Of a DNA stretch of 63,268 bases, positions 17,094 through 25,948 are shown in pieces; position 1 is the stretch's first letter, and each line of letters begins with the position of its first letter. The notes under the pieces were generated by a model that was not told the origin of the DNA, did no database searches, and saw only the letters and a program-made list of their open reading frames with translations. The translations under genes and the position numbers were made by a program. Origin of the DNA: Candidatus Saccharimonadia bacterium (lineage in GTDB: Bacteria > Patescibacteriota > Saccharimonadia > UBA4664 > JBIOIQ01); NCBI GenBank assembly GCA_044449985.1, contig JBIOIQ010000005.1, forward strand, positions 1 through 63,268, written 5' to 3'.

Positions 17094-18001
17094 ATATAAT
17101 CGGACATCGACGCATCTGGTACACAATATCGCTGGTACTTATCGTTCCGGGATTAATTTCACTTATTATGTTTCATCTTCAACTGGGAATTGATTTTAAA
17201 GGAGGCTCGGTTCTGACTATTTCCGGCCCTGCTAACAGCAATGTTATTTTGAGTGATGCTCAAGCGCTTGGCTTTAAAGATGTGACCATCGCGGGATCCG
17301 GATCATCCCAAACCGCTATTCGGTACCGAGATACCGCAACGGGTGCTCAAGCCGAGTCAAATCACCAGCTATTTCGCACAAAACTGGCCAAAGACGGTAT
17401 GAGCGAAGTCAGCTTCGATACGGTCAGCGGGAGCGTCAGTAGTGATATAGCGAGAAATGCCATTCTAAGCATTATTGCGGCTTCAATTGCGATTGTTCTC
17501 TACATTGCTTATGCTTTTCGCAATATGCCACCACCGGTCTCTCCTTGGGCTTTTGGCATTGCCGCTATAGTAGCACTGCTACATGACGCCTTTTTTGTCA
17601 TTGGATTATTTTCAATCCTGGGAAAAGTTGCCGGGGTAGAAATAGATTCTCTTTTTGTGACGGCAGTCCTGACAATTATTGGATTTTCCGTGCACGATAC
17701 CATAGTGGTATTTGATCGGATCCGAGAAAACCTGCGCCGCCGCAAAGGAACTTTCGAAGAAGTCGTCAACGCCAGTATTTTAGAAACCTTTGCCCGCTCA
17801 TTAAATACTTCTATTACCGTACTACTAACCTTACTGGCTCTATTTTTATTCGGCGGTTCATCAACTAAGTTGTTTATTCTTGCTTTGCTCGCCGGTATTG
17901 CTTCGGGAACTTATTCCTCGATCTTCAATGCTTCACCGCTCCTAGTAAGCTGGCATAATTATAAGCAAAAGAAGCTGCTCGCTACTCCTAAACGCTCCTA
18001 A
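17090..18001 (+). CDS. secF: Protein translocase subunit SecF
   Basis: GIDFKGGS motif, IGFSVHDTIVVFDRIREN, and the position after secD. Confidence 0.93.
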   Translation: MNIIGHRRIWYTISLVLIVPGLISLIMFHLQLGIDFKGGSVLTISGPANSNVILSDAQALGFKDVTIAGSGSSQTAIRYRDTATGAQAESNHQLFRTKLAKDGMSEVSFDTVSGSVSSDIARNAILSIIAASIAIVLYIAYAFRNMPPPVSPWAFGIAAIVALLHDAFFVIGLFSILGKVAGVEIDSLFVTAVLTIIGFSVHDTIVVFDRIRENLRRRKGTFEEVVNASILETFARSLNTSITVLLTLLALFLFGGSSTKLFILALLAGIASGTYSSIFNASPLLVSWHNYKQKKLLATPKRS

Positions 18002-18124
18002 ATCAGACTTTAAAGCTACTGTCGATAGCGTTCTGCGCATTAAAAGCCTAAGCCTACAAAACCATGTTTAAGTGCCGTATTGCAACTCTACTCTTAGCTA
18101 TTTTAGTGTAGTTAATCTCGTAAT

Positions 18125-18403
18125 TTAAGCGGTAACGGTTCGGCGAGATCGAGAACTGATGTGGGCGACGTGGATTCTTATTGATTTTGCAATTTTTGGG
18201 GGTTTGCTTTCAGCCCGTTTTGTTGGGACAAGTTTTGCCGGTTTTTGTAGTCTTGAGTTTTTCACAGGCTGGACTACCGAGCCGATTTGGATCAATTTTT
18301 TGCGCGAAGAGGTCAATTCGCCACATTCGAGACAAAAAGTTCCATGTAGGGTCATAACCTGTTGTTGAGGGTCGTGTTGACAATGTTTTGAAAGTTTTTT
18401 CAT
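18125..18403 (-). CDS. Small basic protein with Cys/His-rich N-terminus, unknown function
   Basis: I take MKKLSKHCQHD...CLECGE... as the likely start, because the track extension to 18514 runs through AT-rich promoter-like DNA. The C-terminal half is Lys/Arg/Pro-rich. Confidence 0.4.
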   Translation of the reverse strand: MKKLSKHCQHDPQQQVMTLHGTFCLECGELTSSRKKLIQIGSVVQPVKNSRLQKPAKLVPTKRAESKPPKIAKSIRIHVAHISSRSRRTVTA

Positions 18404-18529
18404 AAAAGTGTTGTAATTATTCTTACGTTTATTATATACTATATTTGTTAAAACAACACTGAAAAACTTTAAGTTAGTTGTGATGATAACAATTGTTTTT
18501 ATCACAACAATCACTTAAGATAAAAACAA

Positions 18530-18802
18530 ATGCTGGACTTGTTCATTTCCTCTAAAACGCGCCGTAAAATAATTACGGTATTCACAAAATACCCGGATTT
18601 TAAGATTCATGTACGTGGCTTGGCGACACGAATCAAAGAAGACCCGGGGAACGTTCAGCGTGAGTTACAAAAGTTAGAAAAAGTGGGGTTTATTAAATCG
18701 ACGCGAGAGGCCAATACCAAGGTCTACTTCGCAAATGAAAAGTTCTTACTTTACCGGGAGCTGCAGGCGATGGTCTTAAAATCACAGGCCCGCCGCAGCT
18801 GA
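18530..18802 (+). CDS. Winged-helix DNA-binding protein (ArsR/MarR-like fold), putative regulator
   Basis: 90 aa with HTH-like GLATRIKEDPGNVQRELQKLEKVGFI followed by a beta-wing-like segment (REANTKVYFAN). It is divergent from 18125-18403. Confidence 0.5.
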   Translation: MLDLFISSKTRRKIITVFTKYPDFKIHVRGLATRIKEDPGNVQRELQKLEKVGFIKSTREANTKVYFANEKFLLYRELQAMVLKSQARRS

Positions 18803-18845
18803 TCCGGTTCACAAAACCACATAAAAACCATATACGAGGGTAAAA

Positions 18846-19001
18846 ATGTTAAATAAACTCAAACAAATCGCGATTTTGGCTAATGTCGTGCCAGCAGAAC
18901 ACCAAATTACTATTCATAATCGGATTTACCGGCCGGAACCACCACTCGGGTTTGTTTCAAGAACTGATCCGAATTTTTATTTCTTACAGAAAAAATTCTA
19001 A
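18846..19001 (+). CDS. Possible 51-aa small ORF (below the track threshold)
   Basis: ATG at 18846 preceded by GAGGG. It is the only open frame in the 265-nt gap between the wHTH gene and recJ. No recognisable motif. Confidence 0.2.
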   Translation: MLNKLKQIAILANVVPAEHQITIHNRIYRPEPPLGFVSRTDPNFYFLQKKF

Positions 19002-19067
19002 CTTTATTACGGCTTTTTAACTGTTAGAACTCGCCAGTTGTTAGTTGTCTCGAATTGCTATACTTAG

Positions 19068-20738
19068 GTGGTAGTGAGTAAGTTAATTAGTCCGAATTCA
19101 ATATTTGCGCAAATTCTAGCGAACCGAGGTTTAACCAGTTCCGAACAGGTAGAGCACTTTTTGCATCCGAAGTATGAGCGAGACCAGGCCGATCCATTTT
19201 TACTTACAGATATGAATCTGGCCGTTGCGCGCATTTCCGTGGCCATCGAAGCTGGGGAAGACATCGTTATATATGGCGACTATGATATCGACGGCTTAAC
19301 CGCCAGCGTTGTCATGCTAGAAACACTGCGAGCCATGGGCGGTCGGGCCAGATCATATATACCCGATCGGTTTGAAGAGGGCTATGGGATTAATCTCGCG
19401 GCGTTAAAGAAGCTCAAAAAACAGGGTTGCTCATTAGTTGTTTCGGTAGATTGTGGCATTACGAGCAAATCTGAAATTGCGTGGGCAATGGGACATGGTC
19501 TTGATGTCATTGTGACCGATCATCACGCCGTGCCAACAGAGCTGCCGGAAGCGGTAGCCGTAGTTAACCCCAAGCGAGTTGGCGACAAGTATCCTTTTAA
19601 GGACTTGGCCGGTGTCGGAGTTGCTTTTAAGTTAATTTGCGCCCTTCAGATTGAAGGGCGAGCGCATGGCCGAGATCTCTTTCAATCCGGTCAGGAAAAA
19701 TGGTTACTCGATTTGGTTGCTCTCGGCACGGTCTGCGATGTTGTCAGCTTAACGGGTGAGAACCGGGTGCTTGCCCACTATGGACTGATGGTCATGCAAA
19801 AAACGCGTCGGCCTGGTCTGATAGCCCTCGCAGGAGTTGCGGAAGTCTCGCTAGCGCAGCTTCGAGCCTATCACTTGGGTTTTGTATTTGGACCTCGGCT
19901 CAATGCTGCAGGGAGGCTTGAGCATGCGGCCAAAAGTTTAGAGCTTCTAATGACCGATGATCCAAAAGTTGCAAGCCAAGTTGCCGAGCAGCTTAACGCA
20001 CTTAATCGCCAGCGCCAAAGTGATCAACAACGCATCGTCGAAGAGGCAACCGAGCAGGCCAAACACTTTTCGGATGATGTGATTTTAGTCTTAGCCAATA
20101 AATCTTGGAGCCATGGCATAGTTGGAATCGTCGCCTCCAAACTGGTTGAGAAATATCATAAACCGACTCTCGTGATGCAAGTCCTAGGCGAGACAGCCAA
20201 AGGCTCAGCCAGAAGTATCGGGGATTATAATATGGTCGAGTCGCTGCGGGCGACCGAGGCTTTACTGATAAGACATGGCGGTCATCATTTTGCCGCCGGA
20301 TACACACTAAATACGAAAGATATCGATCTTCTTCGGCGGACACTCAACGCAAATGCTCGGGCACAGGGTATCACAACGGAGTTTGAGGCACAGGTTCATT
20401 ATGACGTCGAGTTAGAAGATTTTACTTACCTTGATTACGCCTTGTATGAGCTTCTCGTATTACTTGAGCCGCTCGGCAGCGGTAATCCAAAGCCTTTATT
20501 TAAAATTACTTCACTGACAATCTCAACTCTTAGATGGGTTGGTCAATCTGCAAACCATGCCAAACTGACGCTGAGCGACTCAGTCAACCAGTCATTTTCG
20601 GCAATCTTTTTCAATGCCAAGGAAAAATTTCCGGATATTGTAGAGGGAGGCGATTACGGGGCAATATGTCAGCTTGATAATAATGAATTTAACGGAAATT
20701 CCAGCCTTCAGCTGATCATAGAGCAATTTAGTGAATAA
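19068..20738 (+). CDS. recJ: Single-stranded-DNA-specific exonuclease RecJ
   Basis: DHH family motifs (GDYDIDGLT, VDCG, VTDHH), the DHHA1-like GGHHFAAG, and a GTG start. Confidence 0.92.
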   Translation: MVVSKLISPNSIFAQILANRGLTSSEQVEHFLHPKYERDQADPFLLTDMNLAVARISVAIEAGEDIVIYGDYDIDGLTASVVMLETLRAMGGRARSYIPDRFEEGYGINLAALKKLKKQGCSLVVSVDCGITSKSEIAWAMGHGLDVIVTDHHAVPTELPEAVAVVNPKRVGDKYPFKDLAGVGVAFKLICALQIEGRAHGRDLFQSGQEKWLLDLVALGTVCDVVSLTGENRVLAHYGLMVMQKTRRPGLIALAGVAEVSLAQLRAYHLGFVFGPRLNAAGRLEHAAKSLELLMTDDPKVASQVAEQLNALNRQRQSDQQRIVEEATEQAKHFSDDVILVLANKSWSHGIVGIVASKLVEKYHKPTLVMQVLGETAKGSARSIGDYNMVESLRATEALLIRHGGHHFAAGYTLNTKDIDLLRRTLNANARAQGITTEFEAQVHYDVELEDFTYLDYALYELLVLLEPLGSGNPKPLFKITSLTISTLRWVGQSANHAKLTLSDSVNQSFSAIFFNAKEKFPDIVEGGDYGAICQLDNNEFNGNSSLQLIIEQFSE

Positions 20739-20839
20739 ATAATTTGCTCACATTGAATAAGTCTTGTCTTGAGGAGTTTCCTTGCTGAAGGCATAAAATT
20801 GGTGTAATCTCGAGATTAATAGATTGTGAGGAAAGACTG

Positions 20840-22114
20840 GTGGCGAAACAGCAATTTCAGAATGTTCGTGGGATGCCTGATGTTTTACCGCAGGATCAAC
20901 CGGTGCTCCGTCACATCTACTCAAACTTTAATAAAATTGCTTCGCAAGCGGGTTTTTTGGAAATTGAGACGCCGATTGTGGAAGACAGGTTAGTGTTCGT
21001 CCGCGCTGTCGGAGAAGGCACCGACGTAGTCGACAAAGAGATGTATGTCTTTAATGACCGATCCGATAATCAGGTGGCACTTCGACCGGAGCCAACGGCC
21101 GGTATTGTTCGTTCTTATATTCAAAATGGTATGGGGAGCTGGCCTCAACCGGTAAAATTTCAAGTTAGCGGGCCGATGTTTCGCTACGATCGACCCCAAG
21201 CCGGCAGGCAGAGGCAGTTCCACCAAATCGGTGTCGAAATGTTTGGCGAAGTCTCACCGAGTGCTGATGCACAAGTAATACTTCTCGCCAACCGACTTTT
21301 TAAGTCGATTGGTCTCACCCAGTTGTCGCTCCAAATCAACAGTATCGGGGATGGTACTTGCAGGCCAAAGTATAGAAAATTGTTAGTCGATTATCTAAAC
21401 GCCCACAAGAATCAATTGTGTGAGCTGGATCAAGCCAGAATTGAAAAAAATCCTCTGCGTGTACTCGATTGTAAAGAGCCGCAATGTCAAGCAGTGATCG
21501 CGGATGCCCCTCAAACGCTTAATAATCTCTGCAAAAATTGCCAGGAACATTTCTCTGGGGTAATCGAGTATCTTGACGCTCTCGAAATTAGTTATGAGCT
21601 CAATCCCTTACTTGTGCGCGGTCTCGATTATTACACCAGAACTGTTTTTGAATTTTATGGTCAACGAGAAGGCGCGCAAAGTAGCTTGGGTGGAGGTGGT
21701 CGATATGACGGCCTGGTGGAACTCCTGGGTGGGCAGTCGACCCCGGCGGTCGGATTTGGTTTAGGAGTCGAACGGATGGCAATCGAGATTGTGGCCGAGA
21801 ACATTGAACCCGAACCAGCGCGAGCAGTTGATGTATTTGTCGCTAGCCTAGGTGAACCGGCTAGACTAGCCGCCTTTAAATTGCTCGAACAACTGCTCGA
21901 TGCCGGGGTTGGTGCGGCTGGGGCGGTCGATAAAAATGGTATCGCTTCGCAACTGTCTCGAGCCGATCGATTGGGAGTGAAGTCAACAATTATTATTGGT
22001 CAAAAAGAAGTTTTTGACCAAACAGTGATCGTACGTGATATGGCTTCCGGTGCTCAGGAAATGATTCCAATTAACAAGGTTGTGGGTGAACTGCAACGTA
22101 GATTTAAGTCTTAG
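20840..22114 (+). CDS. hisS: Histidyl-tRNA synthetase
   Basis: Class II motifs ([38 protein letters not shown]), a GTG start and GAGGAAAG upstream. Confidence 0.95.
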   Translation: MAKQQFQNVRGMPDVLPQDQPVLRHIYSNFNKIASQAGFLEIETPIVEDRLVFVRAVGEGTDVVDKEMYVFNDRSDNQVALRPEPTAGIVRSYIQNGMGSWPQPVKFQVSGPMFRYDRPQAGRQRQFHQIGVEMFGEVSPSADAQVILLANRLFKSIGLTQLSLQINSIGDGTCRPKYRKLLVDYLNAHKNQLCELDQARIEKNPLRVLDCKEPQCQAVIADAPQTLNNLCKNCQEHFSGVIEYLDALEISYELNPLLVRGLDYYTRTVFEFYGQREGAQSSLGGGGRYDGLVELLGGQSTPAVGFGLGVERMAIEIVAENIEPEPARAVDVFVASLGEPARLAAFKLLEQLLDAGVGAAGAVDKNGIASQLSRADRLGVKSTIIIGQKEVFDQTVIVRDMASGAQEMIPINKVVGELQRRFKS

Positions 22115-22122
22115 GAGGATTT

Positions 22123-22884
22123 ATGGGTTACATTATCATTTTGATTCTGATTATAGCAGTCTCGATGGGAGTACGAGTTGTCCAAGAATATGAGAGGGGG
22201 GTAGTATTTCGGCTCGGGAAAGTCCGAAAAAATGTCAAAGGTCCGGGCCTTACACTTATTATCCCGCTGGTCGATAATCTGCGTAAAATTAGCCTCCGGA
22301 TTGTGACACTACCCGTGCAATCGCAGAAAATAATTACGCGTGACAACGTTTCAATTGATGTCGCCGCCGTAGCCTACTACCAGATCAACGATCCGATAAA
22401 ATCGATTGTTCAAATCGAAAATATTGTATCGGCCATTTATCAGGTGGCTCAAACAACCGTCCGTAATATTGTCGGCCAATCGACGCTTGACCAGGTTTTA
22501 TCAAATACTGAGGCGATTAATGAAGCCATAAAAAAGATTCTTGATGTCAGTACAGAAAAGTGGGGAGTGGTAATAAATACGGTCGAATTAAAAGATATCC
22601 AACTACCGGATTCAATGCAGCGGGCAATGGCAAAAGAAGCCGAAGCCGAGCGCGAAAAAAGGGCAAAAATTATTGCTGCCGAAGGTGAAAAACTGAGTGC
22701 TGCGGCGCTTGGCGATGCAGCCGATGTAATTTCAGCTCATCCAATTGCAATGCAGCTGCGGAATCTTCAGGTTTTGAGCGAGATTGCTGCGGAAAAAAAT
22801 TCCACGATTATTTTTCCAGCTCAAATAATGGACAGTATCAATGATGTCCGTAAATTTATTGAAGGCGAAAAACCGGTTAAGTAA
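22123..22884 (+). CDS. SPFH/band-7 (stomatin-like) membrane protein
   Basis: N-terminal TM segment, then an SPFH core and a coiled-coil [20 protein letters not shown]. Confidence 0.88.
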   Translation: MGYIIILILIIAVSMGVRVVQEYERGVVFRLGKVRKNVKGPGLTLIIPLVDNLRKISLRIVTLPVQSQKIITRDNVSIDVAAVAYYQINDPIKSIVQIENIVSAIYQVAQTTVRNIVGQSTLDQVLSNTEAINEAIKKILDVSTEKWGVVINTVELKDIQLPDSMQRAMAKEAEAEREKRAKIIAAEGEKLSAAALGDAADVISAHPIAMQLRNLQVLSEIAAEKNSTIIFPAQIMDSINDVRKFIEGEKPVK

Positions 22885-22924
22885 GTGTCTGCCTACGTCT
22901 GAAATATAGGGAGAGTCCTAGGGT

Positions 22925-23185
22925 ATGTATACGGTTTTTGTGAATTTATATAACCAATTTTTGGTCATTTTTCCTGCTCAACTTCAGTGGTTAGTAACTC
23001 TATTGATCATTGTTGGCCTGGTTGCGGCTTTTGTGTCGCTCTTAAGACATAATCTTTTGTTTGCAATTATCCTCATCGTGTTGCTGCCTTTTATTGCACC
23101 AATAGTGCAGCACTTTTTTACTGATCTGTATCATTTCTTGCTTTTTTTAATCAACCAACTCGCCAAAACGGCCCCACGCCAATAA
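22925..23185 (+). CDS. Small integral membrane protein, unknown function
   Basis: 86 aa, almost entirely hydrophobic, with 2-3 TM segments. It follows the SPFH gene. Confidence 0.5.
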   Translation: MYTVFVNLYNQFLVIFPAQLQWLVTLLIIVGLVAAFVSLLRHNLLFAIILIVLLPFIAPIVQHFFTDLYHFLLFLINQLAKTAPRQ

Positions 23186-23226
23186 CCTCCTTTGAGCCTA
23201 ATATGGTGGGATATTTATATTTATGT

Positions 23227-23256
23227 TTGACAGAATTATCAGCACTTGACTATAAT
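23227..23256 (+). promoter_or_regulatory. Consensus sigma70 promoter (TTGACA-18-TATAAT)
   Basis: Perfect -35 (23227-23232) and perfect -10 (23251-23256) with an 18-nt spacer. Confidence 0.7.
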
Positions 23257-23312
23257 CCTTCCAACCGGGTGAAATACATCTGGTTTCTCGTGAGTCTAGA
23301 AGGAGGGGGCTG

Positions 23313-23606
23313 GTGCCAAATCCAGCACGGCTGCATCTCGTGACTCCGCCGGTGAGCATCAAATCACCGACGAAAGAAGAGATTGCAGCTCAAATCTCCC
23401 AGTTGGTTGAGCAGGCGGGGGCCAAGGTCACCCGAATCCCTGTTCGAAAGCTGAAGCGAGAGCAACTCTTACGCATGCTCCGGGTTCTCCAGGGCAGCGT
23501 GACGACTGTTCGCCGAGGCGAGTGGCTAAATGCCCAGCAGTGTCTGGGTGAGCTACCGCCGATCTCGGCGAGGGTGTATGTGTCGCGACCGATGAGTCTG
23601 GTATGA
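23313..23606 (+). CDS. Hypothetical 97-aa protein in a GC-rich cassette
   Basis: GTG start 6 nt after AGGAGG (23301-23306). I counted 36/60 G+C at the ORF start versus 17/60 in the neighbouring gene. Confidence 0.5.
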   Translation: MPNPARLHLVTPPVSIKSPTKEEIAAQISQLVEQAGAKVTRIPVRKLKREQLLRMLRVLQGSVTTVRRGEWLNAQQCLGELPPISARVYVSRPMSLV

Positions 23607-23758
23607 ACTCGGCTGCATCGGTGGACGCAACGACATGTGAGCAGCGGGATCTGCCGACAGACGAAATCCCGACCTCGCGCAGGAAACCGCAGACGAACCG
23701 ACGACCTCGTTTCGTGCGGCTACAGCGGACCCCCCTTTCGAAGGGAAAAATCCGCTAA
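23603..23758 (+). CDS. Possible 51-aa Arg/Lys-rich ORF translationally coupled to the preceding ORF
   Basis: Its ATG (23603-23605) overlaps the TGA (23604-23606) of the upstream ORF as ATGA. The GC-rich zone ends at its stop codon. It is not in the track because it is under 60 aa. Confidence 0.35.
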   Translation: MNSAASVDATTCEQRDLPTDEIPTSRRKPQTNRRPRFVRLQRTPLSKGKIR

Positions 23759-23803
23759 GAGTTTGGCGCTACCTATTCGTCTTAAGGAAGAGATGAATGT
23801 TTT

Positions 23804-23850
23804 GGCCCCGTTACTGAAATGGATTTTAGTGACGGGGCCGCCTTTTTTTA
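23804..23850 (+). terminator. Strong intrinsic terminator
   Basis: GGCCCCGTTACT (23804-23815) pairs with AGTGACGGGGCC (23828-23839), 12 bp including one G.U. A T7 run follows (23843-23849). Confidence 0.85.
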
Positions 23851-23863
23851 TTACACTTGCAGT

Positions 23864-24196
23864 ATGGAAGATTGTTTATTTTGTAAAATAGCAAACTCCG
23901 ATCCGAGTGAACTCGTTTGGCAAAATGAATATGTATCGGCATTTAAGGATATTCATCCTAAAGCGTCGGTGCACGTTTTGATAGTGCCAAGAAGTCATGT
24001 TGCAAATCTTGATGACTTAACTGATAAAACTTTAGCGTCCGAATTGTTTAGCTCAATTGCGGAAATTGCCAAATTATTAGGCGTCTCTGGGGCATACCGA
24101 ATTCAGGTAAATAACGGCCAGTCGGCGGGGCAAGTAATACAGCATCTGCATGTTCACCTTCTGGGGGGCGCAAAATTACCGAAATCTCTAGTCTAA
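23864..24196 (+). CDS. HIT family (histidine triad) nucleotide hydrolase/transferase
   Basis: MEDCLFCKI N-terminus and the histidine triad HLHVHLLGG. I prefer the ATG at 23864 because the track start at 23819 lies inside the terminator hairpin. Confidence 0.88.
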   Translation: MEDCLFCKIANSDPSELVWQNEYVSAFKDIHPKASVHVLIVPRSHVANLDDLTDKTLASELFSSIAEIAKLLGVSGAYRIQVNNGQSAGQVIQHLHVHLLGGAKLPKSLV

Positions 24197-24407
24197 GTTA
24201 GGCAATGTTCTGGATTTTAGATCTGCAAAGAATATAAACATTTTTAGCTTAGCCTTGAAGTAAAACCGAATATGTTGTAGACTAAACAGGTTCATTCATA
24301 AATTTTGGTATTAATTGGTTGCAGATGAGAGCTCTTTAGAAAAAAGTCCTCGTTTCAACCGACTGATACCCTCTAATCGACAATACCACCTAAGGAGGTG
24401 ACTTACT

Positions 24408-24620
24408 TTGCTTCAAGTCGTCCGTAAGGATGAAAAAGAATCACTCGAGAATCTGATCCGCCGCTTTAATAAGAAAGTGCAGCAATCAGGTGTTTTAGGT
24501 GTGGCCAGACGTAAAAAATATTTTGAGAAACCGTTATCGAAGCGTGAACAACGTGAAATTGCAATTCGAAAACGAGCCCGCAAAGAGCTTAAAGCCAAAC
24601 AGTATTTAGGAGTCCGTTAA
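24408..24620 (+). CDS. rpsU: 30S ribosomal protein S21
   Basis: 70-aa basic protein (RRFNKKVQQSGVL..RRKKYFEKPS-like) with a TTG start 7 nt after TAAGGAGGTG. Confidence 0.9.
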   Translation: MLQVVRKDEKESLENLIRRFNKKVQQSGVLGVARRKKYFEKPLSKREQREIAIRKRARKELKAKQYLGVR

Positions 24621-25063
24621 TGTCGCTGGTCGAGCGTATCAACACTGATTTGACAAGCGCCATGAAGACACAAGATACCGGTCGAACGGCGGTTCTACGT
24701 CTTATAAAAACCAGCATGACTAACGAACGCATCAAACTGGGAAAAGAGCTGAGTGATGATGACGTGCTTAAGTTGCTCCAAAAAGAAGCCAAACAGCGTC
24801 GTGATTCGATTGATGCATACAACTCCGGCGGGAGGGGAGATTTAGCGGCGGAGGAAGAAGCTGAACTCATTTTGATAAATGAGTATTTACCCAAACAGCT
24901 GCATGAGTCGGAATTGTTCAATATTATTGATCAAGTCATAGCCGATCTTGGCGCCACTGAACTGTCTCAAGCCGGGCTCGTGATTGGCAAAGTAATGGGC
25001 CTCGTAACGGGTCGGGCGGATGGCGGACTTGTTTCCCGGCTCGTAAAAGAACGGCTGAGCTAA
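24620..25063 (+). CDS. yqeY: GatB/YqeY domain protein
   Basis: 147 aa with a YqeY-like sequence (LTSAMKTQD..VLRLIK...EAELILINEYLPKQL). Sits in the rpsU-yqeY synteny. Confidence 0.85.
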   Translation: MSLVERINTDLTSAMKTQDTGRTAVLRLIKTSMTNERIKLGKELSDDDVLKLLQKEAKQRRDSIDAYNSGGRGDLAAEEEAELILINEYLPKQLHESELFNIIDQVIADLGATELSQAGLVIGKVMGLVTGRADGGLVSRLVKERLS

Positions 25064-25065
25064 AC

Positions 25066-25572
25066 GTGTCGGCCGAAACTTCGGCACATCAGGTACTGTC
25101 GTTACAACTTCTAGGACATGTTCCTTCTGGATTTGATCCGGATTATCTCAAGCGCTTATGCGCAAGCATTAATAGTCTTTCACCGATTTGGCTCATTAGT
25201 GGAAACGTTAACGTTAAATTGGTTGACGATGCTGAAATTCAAGCATTAAATAAAGAATACAGCGGCAACGATTATCCGACCGATGTCCTGAGTTTTAGTT
25301 ATATTGAGCAGGGTGCAAAGCCACTTGCTAACGAACTCGGTGATATCGCAATAAGCTATGAGATTGCAATTAAACAAGCCGCCCAGGCCGGAACGAAATT
25401 AGAAGATGAAGTTGCTACACTCTGCCTACATGGGATATTACATATATTTGGATTTGATCACGTAATGCAGGATGAGCAAAAAGTAATGGACGGCCTCCAA
25501 AAACAAATTCTCTCATCTGCTCATATAATCTACCGAGATTTCGGATGGAAAAACGGATATGTCGAAGCTTAG
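25066..25572 (+). CDS. ybeY: rRNA maturation endoribonuclease YbeY
   Basis: HGILHIFGFDH zinc-binding motif. Confidence 0.9.
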   Translation: MSAETSAHQVLSLQLLGHVPSGFDPDYLKRLCASINSLSPIWLISGNVNVKLVDDAEIQALNKEYSGNDYPTDVLSFSYIEQGAKPLANELGDIAISYEIAIKQAAQAGTKLEDEVATLCLHGILHIFGFDHVMQDEQKVMDGLQKQILSSAHIIYRDFGWKNGYVEA

Positions 25573-25948
25573 AAGACTAATTTTAGGGTTTAAATATGCG
25601 CTCGTTGGACTTGAGCATATTTTGCGTAATGAGCAAAATGCCAGGATTCATCTGGTAGTAGCAGTGACGGTGCTGGTTATTGGATTCATTGTTGGCTTAA
25701 CCAGCGAAGAGCTAGCGGCGGTCTTTTTCGCGATTATTATCGTGTTTATAGCGGAAGTCTTAAATACGGCGATTGAACGGACACTTGACCTGATAGAGCC
25801 TGAGGTGAATGGTAAAGTTGCGATTATTAAAGACATGTCCGCCGGGGCAGTCTTAGTTGCAGCTACCGGTGCGACAATAATTGGGGTTGTGATATTTTGG
25901 CCCTATATGTTGCAGATTATCTACCAATTTAACTTATTTCATCGCTAA
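25559..25948 (+). CDS. dgkA: Diacylglycerol/undecaprenol kinase (DgkA family)
   Basis: 129 aa with three TM segments and an EVLNTAIE motif. Sits in the ybeY-dgkA synteny. Confidence 0.85.
   Translation: MSKLRRLILGFKYALVGLEHILRNEQNARIHLVVAVTVLVIGFIVGLTSEELAAVFFAIIIVFIAEVLNTAIERTLDLIEPEVNGKVAIIKDMSAGAVLVAATGATIIGVVIFWPYMLQIIYQFNLFHR

Noticed and set aside
18404-18514. N-terminal extension of the 18125-18514 ORF (MIVVIKTIVIITTNLKFF...).
   Set aside because: The extension is translated from the AT-rich divergent promoter spacer and is Ile/Asn/Lys-biased. An internal Met (MKKLSKHC) is a more plausible start.
20739-20839. Possible T-box or other leaders upstream of hisS, proS, lysK and serS.
   Set aside because: The upstream gaps are only 60-100 nt or the genes overlap their neighbours. 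No GGGTGGTACC-type motif or terminator/antiterminator pair is present.
22123-23185. The SPFH protein plus the downstream small membrane protein as an SPFH-NfeD pair.
   Set aside because: The 86-aa partner is purely hydrophobic and lacks the soluble OB-fold portion expected of NfeD. Adjacency alone is insufficient.
23290-23800. The GC-rich region as RNase P RNA or tmRNA; GGGGGCTGGTGCC resembles a tmRNA 5' end.
   Set aside because: There is no GGAAAGTCC (CR-I) or ACAGAA..GGCTTA (CR-V). There is no T-arm followed by an acceptor strand and CCA at the 3' end, and no tag-like reading frame. Two coupled ORFs explain the extent of the GC-rich zone exactly.
23637-23891. Track ORF of 84 aa.
   Set aside because: It is in a different frame from the coupled ORF pair, runs straight through the 12-bp terminator hairpin and T-run into the HIT gene, and has no SD.
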